A stretch of DNA of 64,000 nt, taken from the NCBI GenBank assembly GCA_965219955.1, contig OZ244799.1, positions 2,528,001 to 2,592,000 of the forward strand. Reading direction: 5' to 3'. This stretch comes from a bacterium. Its GTDB lineage: Bacteria > UBA8248. The notes beneath the pieces were generated by a model that saw only the letters and a program-made list of their open reading frames with translations, searched no databases and was not told the origin of the DNA. Both the position numbers and the translations under genes were made by a program. Within the stretch, counting starts at the first letter, position 1. Every line of letters starts with the position of its first letter. This document shows, in pieces, positions 21,145-32,492 of this stretch.

Positions 21145-22319
21145 TCGAGGTTCCCGTTCGTCAGGTGGGCGCCTATGCTCCCCCCCACCCGGGTGGCCGC
21201 CTCCTTCTCGGCCTTGAGCATCAGGTGCGTGTAGCGCGCCGTCGTCGTTACCGTCGCGTGTCCCAGGAGCTTGCCAATCGTGTAGAGGCTCTCGCCGAGC
21301 GCCAGAGCCCTTGACGCATAGGAGTGTCTCAGGTCGTGGAGCCGCAGGTCGGAGAGTCCCGCCCGCTCCCGGACAGGCCGCCAGTAGTAGTGAAGATCCG
21401 TAAGGTTCTTTCCCGGCTTCTGGCCGATGACCACCCATGGGTTGTCCGGTTGCCGGGGCAGCTTGTCGAGAAGCCCCCGCACGGGATTCGTCAGCGGAAC
21501 CATGCGGGGACCCGTCTTGGCGTCCCTGAGCCTGAGATCACCCGCCGTGCGGTCCACGTCGTCCCATTTGAGGCTCAGTATCTCGCTCCTCCGGCACCCG
21601 GTCAGCATGAGCAGCCTGATCGCCGTGATCGCAGGCGGCCAGATGGAGCCCGCCGCCTCGGCGTCTTTGAGCGACCGGCCCAGGCGACGGTATTCCTCGG
21701 ATGTCAGGAACCGCTCGCGCGGGCGCGTCCTGTAGAGCGTTAGTCTTCTGCACGGGTTCCGCCCGGGCGGGACCAGGCCCCACGCCTCGGCCAGGTTGAA
21801 CATCCTCGAGAGGAGATGGATCGACGTGTTGACCCGGCTCGGCGTATGGCGGAGGCGGTGCTGAAACGCGGTGAGTTCCGCCCGTCCGATCCGGGCCAGC
21901 GCCATCCCGCCCAGGACCGGCAGGACGTGTTTGTCCAGTATGGTGCGGTATTCCACGACGGTGCGCGGCTTCAGGTGCCTTTCCACGTAAACGCGCATGA
22001 AGCGCTCGGCAACCGCCGCCAGGGTGGGTTCCTCCACGGGCGGCTCAAGCCCGGGGTATTCGCCCCGCTTGATGCGGTCGATGACGAGGGCGGCCTGCTT
22101 TCTTGCCTCCCCGGTCGACAACGCCCCGTGCCGGCCTAAAGTAACGCGTTTTATCCCCCCGGGCCCGCGGGATTGCACCACGTAGGATTTCCTGCCCGCA
22201 GAGTGGACGCGCACCCCGAAGCCGGCCAGGTCCCGATCCCAGAAGAGGGTGTCCCGGTTCTTGGTTTTGAGCGCATCGACAGCGCGCTTGGTGAGCCTGA
22301 ACTCACTCCTTCTGGGCAT
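21141..22319 (-). CDS. Tyrosine recombinase/integrase A1 (N-terminal arm-type DNA-binding domain)
   Basis: LTKRAVDAL...FWDRDLAGFGVRV; TGCRRSE, DAKTG, HDLRH, LLGH, TTARY. Start ATG 22319 gives 392 aa, the same length as the paralog at 33366. Confidence 0.93.
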   Translation of the reverse strand: MPRRSEFRLTKRAVDALKTKNRDTLFWDRDLAGFGVRVHSAGRKSYVVQSRGPGGIKRVTLGRHGALSTGEARKQAALVIDRIKRGEYPGLEPPVEEPTLAAVAERFMRVYVERHLKPRTVVEYRTILDKHVLPVLGGMALARIGRAELTAFQHRLRHTPSRVNTSIHLLSRMFNLAEAWGLVPPGRNPCRRLTLYRTRPRERFLTSEEYRRLGRSLKDAEAAGSIWPPAITAIRLLMLTGCRRSEILSLKWDDVDRTAGDLRLRDAKTGPRMVPLTNPVRGLLDKLPRQPDNPWVVIGQKPGKNLTDLHYYWRPVRERAGLSDLRLHDLRHSYASRALALGESLYTIGKLLGHATVTTTARYTHLMLKAEKEAATRVGGSIGAHLTNGNLE

Positions 22320-22346
22320 GGCCCCCCTCGCTGGGCATGGCCCCTT

Positions 22347-22461
22347 CGCTCGACATGTCATCAAAACGCATATCAGCGACATCAGTCGAGAGCGCGTTTA
22401 CGCATGAACAGGCACGCTCTCTCACGCTCGACATGTCATCAAAACGCATATCAGCGGCATC
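22347..22461. repeat. 37-bp direct repeat (78-bp period) in the recombinase promoter/leader
   Basis: cgctcgacatgtcatcaaaacgcatatcagcgRcatc at 22347-22383 and 22425-22461; the core is also present once upstream of the second recombinase pair. Confidence 0.85.
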
Positions 22462-22473
22462 GAATGTGAGCGT

Positions 22474-22502
22474 ATTCAAGCACAAACACGGCAGGCGCGC
22501 AA
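22474..22502 (-). promoter_or_regulatory. Putative promoter of recombinase pair 1
   Basis: TTGCGC-17 bp-TTGAAT, positionally aligned with the TTGAAT-17-TATAAT promoter at 33250. Confidence 0.45.
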
Positions 22503-22746
22503 GAGGCGACGATAAGGAAAATATCGAATTAAAGCAAATAATAACAAATCTTTACATTGCATGAGTACGCTCAGTCGCAACATCCCCGGAGTGATCAGTT
22601 CCTTTCAGTATTACATCTATTCTTTGAGAGATAAAGCACGGAACGGCTGTTTTTTTCAGATGGGGAATTGTCTGCATAAGCGGCAAATACCGGTTCGCAA
22701 GATGGAACCTTGTCGGCGTACGGGGCGGTATGGAGGAGAGGGGGTG

Positions 22747-22806
22747 ATGCGGGAGCGGGAAGTCCTGTCGCAGACGACGAAGTACGGATGCAGCGACACC
22801 GATTAA
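22747..22806 (+). CDS. Putative 19-aa leader peptide MREREVLSQTTKYGCSDTD upstream of porin B
   Basis: Same purine-rich RBS and reading frame as 19406-19462, with two synonymous CGA/CGG changes. Confidence 0.45.
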   Translation: MREREVLSQTTKYGCSDTD

Positions 22807-22873
22807 ACCAGACACAGAACACGAAGGAAGACGGCAACATTTTTTAGTGAAACCTCAATGAGGAGAAATACAC

Positions 22874-24157
22874 ATGAGGAAACTTCTGTTAGCACTATTC
22901 GCGATGGCGCTCGTCGTGGCGTTCACCGCGCCCTCGTACGCGGCCGACCTCAAGTACAGCGGCTTCTTCCGGGTGCGTGGATCCAGCGAAAACGTCGAAG
23001 GTGACGACGGAGACAAGAAAAATTATCTGGACGCGCTCATCCGACCGCGCTTCACCGCGAAGAGCGGCGCCGTCACGGCCACATATGAACTCGACTTCTC
23101 GTCGTCGTATACTGGAAAACTTGACGATGATAACGAATTAGCGACTAATACGCATGCTGGCGCGAACGGCGGATTCGGCACCGCTGGTCGGCACAATGTG
23201 GGTACGAACCGCTGGGTGATCGACTTCGCCGTTCCGGGCAGCGCGCTCCGCGTTCGCATGGGCCGGACGGACTACTTCTCGCCGGACAAGGAAATCTTCG
23301 ACAGCGGCGGTAAGCACCGTTTGCCGGGCATTGCGCTTTACGGCAAGTTGAGCAAGAACATGTCGCTCAGCGCGTTCATGACCAAATCGAAAGAAGACGC
23401 GGGTGGCAGCAACGATGACAAGACGGATTACTACGTCGGCATGGGCATCAAGGTGAACCCGACGCTCACGCTCACGCCGTGGGCGGCCAACACCAGAGAC
23501 GCTGCGGCCGGCGGCTATGACTACAGCTTCCTCGGTTTCCACGCCAAGACCAAGGTGGGCATCCTGAACGTAAACGGTTCTATCGTCATCCAAGAGGGTG
23601 ACCTCTCAGTCAAGGACGGAGTCCAAAAGGAACTCTCGGGTTGGGCCGTACTGCTCAGGACTTCCACCAGCCTGGGCAAACTGAAGCTGAGCGGAAACCT
23701 CACCATGCTCTCCGGCGATGACGGCTCCAAGGCCGGCGAGGACGGCAGCTTCCAGACGCCTCGGGGAGGTAGTTCCGGCTGGTTCGTCGGCGGCCACATC
23801 ATGAGTTCGCGCCGCTGGACGACTCTTGGCAACAGCATCAGAGACAGAGAACTGAAGAAAATGAACGGCGCGGTCGTGATCGAGGGACTGGCCGACTTCA
23901 AGGTCAGCAAAACTCTGACGCTGGCTGGCGGCGTATCCCTTTATAATTCCGCCGAACCTTCCCTCGCGCCGGACACGATGGACGCGAAGGAATTCGGCAC
24001 CGAGCTCAACGCCGCTTTCAAGTGGAAGATCCACTCGAACCTCGAGCTTCGCGGTGTGGGCGCCGTTATTCTGCGCGGCGACTACGGCAGAAAAGTTGAC
24101 GAGGGTGAGATCGACGACGGCTGGGCGGTCGGCTGGACGCTGCGCCACATCTTCTAG
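22874..24157 (+). CDS. Outer-membrane beta-barrel (porin-like) protein B, paralog of A
   Basis: Same signal peptide type and near-identical C-terminal ~65 aa; differences cluster in short loop-like segments. Confidence 0.8.
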   Translation: MRKLLLALFAMALVVAFTAPSYAADLKYSGFFRVRGSSENVEGDDGDKKNYLDALIRPRFTAKSGAVTATYELDFSSSYTGKLDDDNELATNTHAGANGGFGTAGRHNVGTNRWVIDFAVPGSALRVRMGRTDYFSPDKEIFDSGGKHRLPGIALYGKLSKNMSLSAFMTKSKEDAGGSNDDKTDYYVGMGIKVNPTLTLTPWAANTRDAAAGGYDYSFLGFHAKTKVGILNVNGSIVIQEGDLSVKDGVQKELSGWAVLLRTSTSLGKLKLSGNLTMLSGDDGSKAGEDGSFQTPRGGSSGWFVGGHIMSSRRWTTLGNSIRDRELKKMNGAVVIEGLADFKVSKTLTLAGGVSLYNSAEPSLAPDTMDAKEFGTELNAAFKWKIHSNLELRGVGAVILRGDYGRKVDEGEIDDGWAVGWTLRHIF

Positions 24158-24198
24158 CAGCATGATGGACGCTCGCGTCCTCACCTGACGCGACGACG

Positions 24199-24228
24199 AC
24201 CGGGGGGCTTCGGCCCCCCGGTTTTTTT
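24199..24228 (+). terminator. Intrinsic terminator of porin-like gene B
   Basis: accggggggc-ttcg-gccccccggt-tttttt. Confidence 0.9.
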
Positions 24229-24336
24229 GTGCGTGGATGTATGCGCGGCGTCCTCGCGACTTTTTTCTATTATCGCTCCCCCCTTAGGATCATTCTCTCT
24301 TCGACCGGAAATGAATGTTTGTGCAGGGGGCGCAAT

Positions 24337-24527
24337 GGGGCTGTTGAAAAAGCCTGATGCGGGATCGGCGGCAAGGAGGTTCACGCGGCGCAGACGTGAT
24401 GGTTTTGTAGGGACAGGCCTCCGTGCCTGTCCTGCTCTTCGTGGTTGTCCTTCGTCAGGACAGGCACGGAGGCCTGTCCCTACGGCGAACAATCTCGAAG
24501 GTCGGACAGGACTTTTTCAACAACCCC
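24337..24527. repeat. MITE-like element with TIRs enclosing a GTAG-type REP doublet
   Basis: ggggctgttgaaaaa...tttttcaacaacccc; internal perfect arms gtagggacaggcctccgtgcctgtcc / ggacaggcacggaggcctgtccctac (24407-24483). Confidence 0.8.
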
Positions 24528-24542
24528 GCCCTCTCGAATCGA

Positions 24543-24569
24543 CACGCATTTCCCCGCAATTGCCGTCAT
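24543..24569 (+). repeat. 27-bp motif shared with 33022-33048
   Basis: cacgcatttccccgcaWttgccgtcat, 26/27 identical. Confidence 0.75.
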
Positions 24570-24923
24570 TCCCAAATCCGCGGACTGCGCTATCGTGCGC
24601 GCGACGCGGGGAAGGGGTTTTTCCCCGGCGGATTGAGACGCACGGAGAGGAAGCTTTCGCATGGGATGCAGTGATGGAACGGGGAAGAATTACGAAAATG
24701 GATTCGGGAACGGCGCGGAAATAAAAATAATGATATTTTCTGTAAAATTCGATAAATTCAGGGGGTTTTTCGATAAATTCCTGAAATTCACTTCCCGCTT
24801 AACGGTTTGTAATACAAAGGGTTATCATATAAATATGAGCGTCGTGCACTCAGATAAGGCGGTGAAAAAAGTTTTCGGCGCCCCCGCATTTGCCCGCGCC
24901 GGGAGCCGGCGGCGCAAAGAACG

Positions 24924-26852
24924 CTATTCCCTGATCTTGTAGAAGAAAAGCTGGCTCTTCGCGCCGACCAACGGTCTCGAACTCGTCGTCGCCACCACGA
25001 GATCGTCGTAGCCGTCGTTGTCCGCGTCGCCGAAGGTGAAATCCACGATCCCCCGGCCCAGTTTTCTCGAGCGCCAGGTCTCGGTCAAACCGCTGCCGTC
25101 CCAGAGCAGGCTCGCGATCTGCCCGCTCGAAACGCCCAGGCCCGGCGCAATGGAGGCAACGTATTCGTTGCGGATCACCAGAACCTCATCCACCCCGTCC
25201 CTGTCGACGTCTTCAACCAGCACGCGCGAGCGTATGGGGAGATCCGGTGTATGAACCCTGTCACCGGTGTTTTCCGTATTGGCCAGGGAGAAGAATCTAT
25301 GGACGGGCGCGCCGTAGGTTTCAGAGCTCGAGTAGATATCCTGGCCGCTCCTCGAGAACACCCTCAGCCTGTCGTCCTTCCCGACCTCGATGACTTCCTG
25401 CGAGCCGTCCCTGTTGAGGTCCCACAAGCCGAAGCCCAGTATCGTCAAATCCGGCGGAAGCGCATAAGGGGCGGCGGGCGCGAGTTTCCCCCCCGACCAG
25501 CGATAGCTGCGGATGGGGCCGTCGAAAGCGCTCTCGATCCCTTCACTCTGCCCCAGAAGCAGATAGGCTTCCGAGCCAGGAATCTTCTTGCCCTTCTCGG
25601 GCCGCCGCACCCGTATCAGGCGATAAAAAGTCCTGTCGTTCCGGACGAGGGGCGTGAACTTCCCGCCCTTGAACTGCAGGATCATCGAGAACAACTCGTT
25701 CGAGCGATAAGAGGCGAGGTAGAACTCGGGCGCGCCGTCTCCGTTCATGTCGGCGACGTCGAGCCAGCGGAAGTCGTTCGCCGCCCCGCCGTCGAAGCGG
25801 GCGACCTCGCGCATCCGGTTCTCCTCGAAGCGGTTGACGATGACCTCGGTCGGCGTGATGAGAACGACTTCGTTTTTCCCGTCCCCGTCCACGTCCGCCA
25901 CGGACAGCCCCCGGAATACGGCCTTGTCGAACGAGTAGCTTTTCTGGCCGCCTCCTCTGTTTGGTACGCCCTCGCGGGCGAGCACGAAATTCTCGTTCGC
26001 GGGTCCTGCGCGCGTCTCGCCGCCGCCTCGCTTGAGTTCCTGCACCGTGGGCGGGCCCTGTTCGAAGGGCAGTTCATCCGCAATGGCCACGGCCTTGAAG
26101 AGTTCTTCCTTCGTGGTGAGGGACAAAAGGCGGGTGGAGAGAATCTTCTTCCCCCGGATTTCGCGGAGCTCGTTCTCGAGCGCCATGTCGCTCCGCACCT
26201 GGTTTCGCAGGCGAATCGGATTCTCTTTTTCAAGAATTTCATCGGTGGCGACACCCGTCTCGAGGAGCCATACCTGGAGCCTGTCCACGTCGTATACGTC
26301 GAAGCGCCCGCTCCTCAGGAGCTGGCGTCCGAGTTCCCTCGTGAGCGTCTCCATGCTGACGGCTTCTTTCGTCTGATTGACGAAAGGCAGTATCGCCAGG
26401 CGAATTTTCGAGGCGGACATGCGCACCGTGTCCTTGACGCGCGGCGAGAGTTGGCCGCCCGGCGCAAGGCGGACAAGACGCGCGATGGAGAATTTCTCCC
26501 GCACCTCGACGACCTCGATCTCGCCTACCTCCTCTTCCAGCTTGCCGAGAACGACGCCCGTCGTCGGGTGGCGAAACGGCGCGCCCTCGCGGTAGACGCT
26601 CAACTTGACGCCCTTGACCACCTCATCCTTCTCGCCGAGGCTCAAGTAGAGATCCGCCCCTCTGACGGCGACCACCGCGCCGCGCAGATTCGGGAATCTC
26701 TGGTGCAGCTTTTCGCTGATGAGACCGAGGGCCTTGCGGTAGTCGTTCTCCTGGGCGTGGGTCGAGCCGCCGGATGCGCAGAGGACAATCATGAAGGCCA
26801 GCAGGAAGGCCGGCGCCTTCTTAAGGAGGTGAGAGAACATGAAAAACCCCAT
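24924..26852 (-). CDS. Exported protein with FlgT/CsgG-like N-terminal region and FG-GAP/VCBS beta-propeller repeats
   Basis: Signal peptide; DVDGDGKNEVV, DMNGDGAPEF, DLNRDGSQEV, DVDRDGVDEV, DADNDGYDDLV repeats. Start uncertain. Confidence 0.72.
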   Translation of the reverse strand: MGFFMFSHLLKKAPAFLLAFMIVLCASGGSTHAQENDYRKALGLISEKLHQRFPNLRGAVVAVRGADLYLSLGEKDEVVKGVKLSVYREGAPFRHPTTGVVLGKLEEEVGEIEVVEVREKFSIARLVRLAPGGQLSPRVKDTVRMSASKIRLAILPFVNQTKEAVSMETLTRELGRQLLRSGRFDVYDVDRLQVWLLETGVATDEILEKENPIRLRNQVRSDMALENELREIRGKKILSTRLLSLTTKEELFKAVAIADELPFEQGPPTVQELKRGGGETRAGPANENFVLAREGVPNRGGGQKSYSFDKAVFRGLSVADVDGDGKNEVVLITPTEVIVNRFEENRMREVARFDGGAANDFRWLDVADMNGDGAPEFYLASYRSNELFSMILQFKGGKFTPLVRNDRTFYRLIRVRRPEKGKKIPGSEAYLLLGQSEGIESAFDGPIRSYRWSGGKLAPAAPYALPPDLTILGFGLWDLNRDGSQEVIEVGKDDRLRVFSRSGQDIYSSSETYGAPVHRFFSLANTENTGDRVHTPDLPIRSRVLVEDVDRDGVDEVLVIRNEYVASIAPGLGVSSGQIASLLWDGSGLTETWRSRKLGRGIVDFTFGDADNDGYDDLVVATTSSRPLVGAKSQLFFYKIRE

Positions 26853-27062
26853 ATCAGTAACGTGTTTTAGAGACTCCGGTCGAGCCGCCAGCGCTCTGAA
26901 GCAGAGCATGGCCCCGGATAATCAATCAGCCGTTGTATGATATCATGATTTCGAAGACAGAAAGCCCCAAACACCCTCAAATATACCGCGTAAGAAGCAG
27001 AAAGCAAATTTATTCAGGCCGTTCGGAAAGCCGGTCCGTCCAGGCGCAGGCTGCGTTTCGCC

Positions 27063-28958
27063 TCATGGCCGGGTGAGTCCCAGCTCTCTTTTGAGTTTCG
27101 GGTGAAGCGGCGAGCCGAACCTGCCGGCCTCTCTCGCGTGTCTTTGCGCACCGGCGCGGTCGCCTTCCAGGTACAGGGCCAGCGCCATATTGTGGTGGAC
27201 GCCGCCATGGCCCGGCTCTAGCCTGAGCGCCGCCCTGAACTGCGCTATCGCCAGGCGCCTCAAGCCCGCCTTGAGATACAGGGTGCCCAGGTTGAAGCGC
27301 GCCTCCACCAGCGTGGGCTTGAGGCTTATCGCACGCTCGAAATGGGGTCTGGCCAGATCGCCGCGCTCAGCGCCCATATGCAGCGCCCCCAGGGCCAGGT
27401 GCGCCTCGGCGTTCTCATCGTTGAGCCGCAGGGCGCGCTTCAAGGAAGTTTCGGCGCCGGCCGCATCGCCGCTTTGCATCTGCGCTATCCCCAAATCCAC
27501 CCAGGCGTAATCGTAGACGGGATAAATCTCGACGGATTTCCTGAGCGGCGCAACGGCTTCGCGGAACCTGTTCCGGTCGATCAGGGCCTGCCCGTACACC
27601 CTGAGCGCGCGCGCGCTGTTTGGGGACACCTCCGCCGTACGCCGCCAGAAACGAAGCGCATCGCCCCAGTCCTGGTTTCGTTTGAGCGTCAGCGCGCCGA
27701 AGGTCAGGCAGGCGATTACAAGCAGCGACGCGGCGATTCGCCAGTCCCTTTTCGTGAGCAAGACGCCCGCCGTAGGAACGAGGGCGATCAGAAAGCCGGC
27801 CGAGGGAAGATACAGCACCCGCTCCGCCATGATGGTGCCTATGGGGATCAACAGATTGCTCACGGGCAGATACGCGCCGATGAAAACGACCAGTCCGAAA
27901 GCGACCCACGGCATGTCTTTCCTCAGACGCCAGGCGGCGTAGCCCCACGCCAGAAAACCCAGTGCCCCGGCCAGCATCCAAAGTGTGGCTTCCACTCCTT
28001 CCACCGGAATCTGCGCGAAGGAATAATCCATGCTCAACGGCCACGGCCAGACCAGCAGCTTGAAATATCGGCCCAGGACGCCGACCGCGCCCAGGATTCG
28101 CTCGCCGGCCGGCATCAGCGCCAGGACGTTGTCGAGTTTCGACGGGGGATAAGGGCGCGCCAGTACGCCTAAGGCGGCATATCGCATCCACACGTAGACG
28201 ACGAGGACGAGGACGAGCGCGCAGACGGCGATGAGCGTGTGCCTGAGAGGCGGTCGCTCGGTCTCTCCCGATACATAGCGGCCCCAGAGCCACCACAAAA
28301 GGGCGCTGAAAAGCAGGGCGACGCCGATCTCCTTGGACAGCAGCGCAAAGAGGCAAAGCGCGCACGTGAGGCCGACGGGCGCGAGCACCCCTCGACAAGA
28401 GAGGCCTTCTTCGCCCCCCCTCCTGCGGTTCCCCTCCGCAGCGCCCGGTTTCGCCCCGGGGAGCGCGACGCCCATCAGAAGGCCCAATCCCCCGAACACG
28501 CCGGCGGCGGCCATCAGGTCGGCGCGCGCGACGACGGCGTTCACCGCCTCGGTATGAACCGGATGAAGGGCGAACAGCAGGGCGACGGCTCCCGCCGCAC
28601 CGCGCGAGAGCCCGAAACGTATGCACAGCCAGAACAGCGCGAGCGAGGCGAGGGCGTGAAGCAAGGCGTTGATGATTCTGTAGCCGAGCGGATCCAGGCC
28701 GCCCACCGCGTGGTTCAGCGCGAAAGAGGCTATGGTGAGGGGCCGGTAGAGGCGGTCTCTTCTCTCGTTCGTCTCTATCACGGCCCAGTAGTCGTGCTGA
28801 AAGGCTTCCAGCAGGCGGCCGCTCTCGCGGACGAGGGGATTCTCGCCGATGATGGCGATGTCGTCATGCAGAAACGGGTTCGAAAACGTGCCTGCGAAGA
28901 TGAAAAACGCGGCGCCGGCGATGGCGCAGGCCCAACCCCATTTCACGACCGGCTGCAT
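27063..28958 (-). CDS. TMTC-like GT-C membrane glycosyltransferase with C-terminal TPR repeats
   Basis: FLHDD..I..N, YRPL, LFALHPVHTEAV, SKE, PLSMDY, AERVLYLPS, then TPR helices. Confidence 0.85.
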   Translation of the reverse strand: MQPVVKWGWACAIAGAAFFIFAGTFSNPFLHDDIAIIGENPLVRESGRLLEAFQHDYWAVIETNERRDRLYRPLTIASFALNHAVGGLDPLGYRIINALLHALASLALFWLCIRFGLSRGAAGAVALLFALHPVHTEAVNAVVARADLMAAAGVFGGLGLLMGVALPGAKPGAAEGNRRRGGEEGLSCRGVLAPVGLTCALCLFALLSKEIGVALLFSALLWWLWGRYVSGETERPPLRHTLIAVCALVLVLVVYVWMRYAALGVLARPYPPSKLDNVLALMPAGERILGAVGVLGRYFKLLVWPWPLSMDYSFAQIPVEGVEATLWMLAGALGFLAWGYAAWRLRKDMPWVAFGLVVFIGAYLPVSNLLIPIGTIMAERVLYLPSAGFLIALVPTAGVLLTKRDWRIAASLLVIACLTFGALTLKRNQDWGDALRFWRRTAEVSPNSARALRVYGQALIDRNRFREAVAPLRKSVEIYPVYDYAWVDLGIAQMQSGDAAGAETSLKRALRLNDENAEAHLALGALHMGAERGDLARPHFERAISLKPTLVEARFNLGTLYLKAGLRRLAIAQFRAALRLEPGHGGVHHNMALALYLEGDRAGAQRHAREAGRFGSPLHPKLKRELGLTRP

Positions 28959-29298
28959 CGAACCCCCAACACGCAATTCAATCCCTCGTCACGCCCCAAC
29001 CCGGGCAGTACCGATGATTCGCCAAACCCATCGCCTCAACTCGCACATCACTTACCGGAACAACCGGGCTTTCCGCCATGGCGACGGCAACCGCCCGAGA
29101 TAGAACGGTATCCGCATGAAAAGGCTCCCGGTGCCGCGGCTTGGCGCAAGTAATTTCAGAGCCAGCCGAATCATCATGCCGCCATCATGACAACAAAACT
29201 TCCGTCCCGCCACCGAGATTTGTCGATAAAATCACCTTTATGGTTCGGTTTTCCTTTTGACTCCCGGTGAAACGACTGCTAACCTTCGTATTTGCAAG

Positions 29299-29374
29299 TT
29301 CGCTGGGGGTGCCTTGCAGGCTGAGAACAAACCCTTCGAACCTGAACCGGTTAGCGCCGGCGTAGGGAAGCGAC
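29299..29374 (+). ncRNA. TPP riboswitch
   Basis: GGGGTGC...GGCTGAGA...ACCC..GAACCTGA..CGG....GCCGGCGTAGGGAAG consensus upstream of thiC. Confidence 0.95.
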
Positions 29375-29415
29375 AGGTCTTCCACATCCTCCGGTTTCCC
29401 TTCGCCGACATGTGA

Positions 29416-31278
<1,863 letters not shown>

Positions 31279-31305
31279 GCCGAACGATAACCACCACTCT
31301 GCATC

Positions 31306-31341
31306 AAACCCCGCCTGGGCCGACGCCCGGGTGGGGTTTTT
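31306..31341 (+). terminator. Intrinsic terminator after thiC
   Basis: aaaccccgcctgggc...gcccgggtggggttttt. Confidence 0.75.
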
Positions 31342-31426
31342 GTTGTCATTCGAAAATCACCACAAGACTTTGGCGCCGGATTGATGATAAATTCCTCCTA
31401 TCGAAACCGCGCAGACAGGAGCCGTC

Positions 31427-32485
31427 ATGACGCTGAGGATGGGGGTGTGGGCGCCCGTGTGGGGCACGTTTCTGGGGCGGATCGAAAAACCCGAGACGGT
31501 GAAAGAGGCCTCATTCGCCCACAATGCGCGCTACATTCAGCGCGCGGAAGAATTGGGCTTCGAGACCACCCTGCTGCTCGACAGGAGCCTCAACAGCATC
31601 AAGGGCCTGGGCGCGCCCGTTCTGGAGGCCTGGATCACGGCGGCGGCGCTGGCGCCCATCACGAAGAAAATCGAACTCATCATCGCCGCCAAGAGCGCCT
31701 ACCGCCACCCCTCGCTCGTCGCCCAGATGGGGGCGAACATCGACTGCATCAGCGGGGGGCGCTTCGCCATCAACATCGTCTCGGGCTGGTGGGCGCTGGA
31801 AAACGAGATGGCGGGCATCCCCTTCCCCCCGCACGATGAGCGCTACGATCTCTCCGAAGAAGTGATGCACATCCTCAAATCCTACTGGACGAAGGAGCGC
31901 TTCAGCTTCAAGGGCAGGTATTTCGAAATCACCGACGGCGTCACCGCGCCCAAACCCGTCCGAAAGCCCTGGCCCACGTTCTATTTCGGGGGCGAATCGA
32001 CCGCCGCCGTGAAGCTGGCGGGCAAGGCCGCGGACGTTTTCCTGTTCAACGGCCGTTCGCTCGCGGACGCGAGGGAGTTGATGGCCGCCGTGAACCATGA
32101 AGCGCAGGCTTGCGGGAGATCCATCCGCCACGGGATGAGCTCGTTCATCGTCTGCCGCGACACCGACGAGGAGGCCGGGGCGGAACTCGAGCGCCTGTTC
32201 TCGCTCATCACCGAGCCGCCCAGGCTCACGGGCGTCGACAGGGCCGCCCAGCACAGGAAAACGAGCGCGAAGGCCGGCGGCGTCGGTTCGAACGGCGGCA
32301 CGGCGACGGGCCTCGTCGGCTCGCCCGAGACCATCGCCGAGCGCATCATGGCGTTTCACGAGGCGGGGGTGGAGTTGTTCCTGCTCCAGTTCCATCCCAT
32401 GTTCGAGGAGATGGAGCGCTTCGCCTCGCAGGTCATGCCCCTCCTGCCCCTGGGCGGGAAAGCGCCCGGGGCGGCGAAAGCCTAG
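31427..32485 (+). CDS. LLM-class flavin-dependent monooxygenase (SsuD/SfnG-like)
   Basis: AEELGF, LEAWITAAALA, SGGRFAINIVSGW, YFGGES, GLVGSPETIAERI. Confidence 0.88.
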   Translation: MTLRMGVWAPVWGTFLGRIEKPETVKEASFAHNARYIQRAEELGFETTLLLDRSLNSIKGLGAPVLEAWITAAALAPITKKIELIIAAKSAYRHPSLVAQMGANIDCISGGRFAINIVSGWWALENEMAGIPFPPHDERYDLSEEVMHILKSYWTKERFSFKGRYFEITDGVTAPKPVRKPWPTFYFGGESTAAVKLAGKAADVFLFNGRSLADARELMAAVNHEAQACGRSIRHGMSSFIVCRDTDEEAGAELERLFSLITEPPRLTGVDRAAQHRKTSAKAGGVGSNGGTATGLVGSPETIAERIMAFHEAGVELFLLQFHPMFEEMERFASQVMPLLPLGGKAPGAAKA

Positions 32486-32492
32486 CTCCCGC

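Noticed and set aside
22347-22461. 37-bp repeat / 41-bp spacer / 37-bp repeat resembling a minimal CRISPR array
   Set aside because: Only two units and no cas genes; the 'spacer' itself resembles the sequence after the second repeat, and one homologous copy precedes the other recombinase pair, so a promoter-unit duplication fits better.
18089-24157. Diversity-generating retroelement explanation for porin variation
   Set aside because: No reverse transcriptase in the window, and differences include indels and non-adenine changes.
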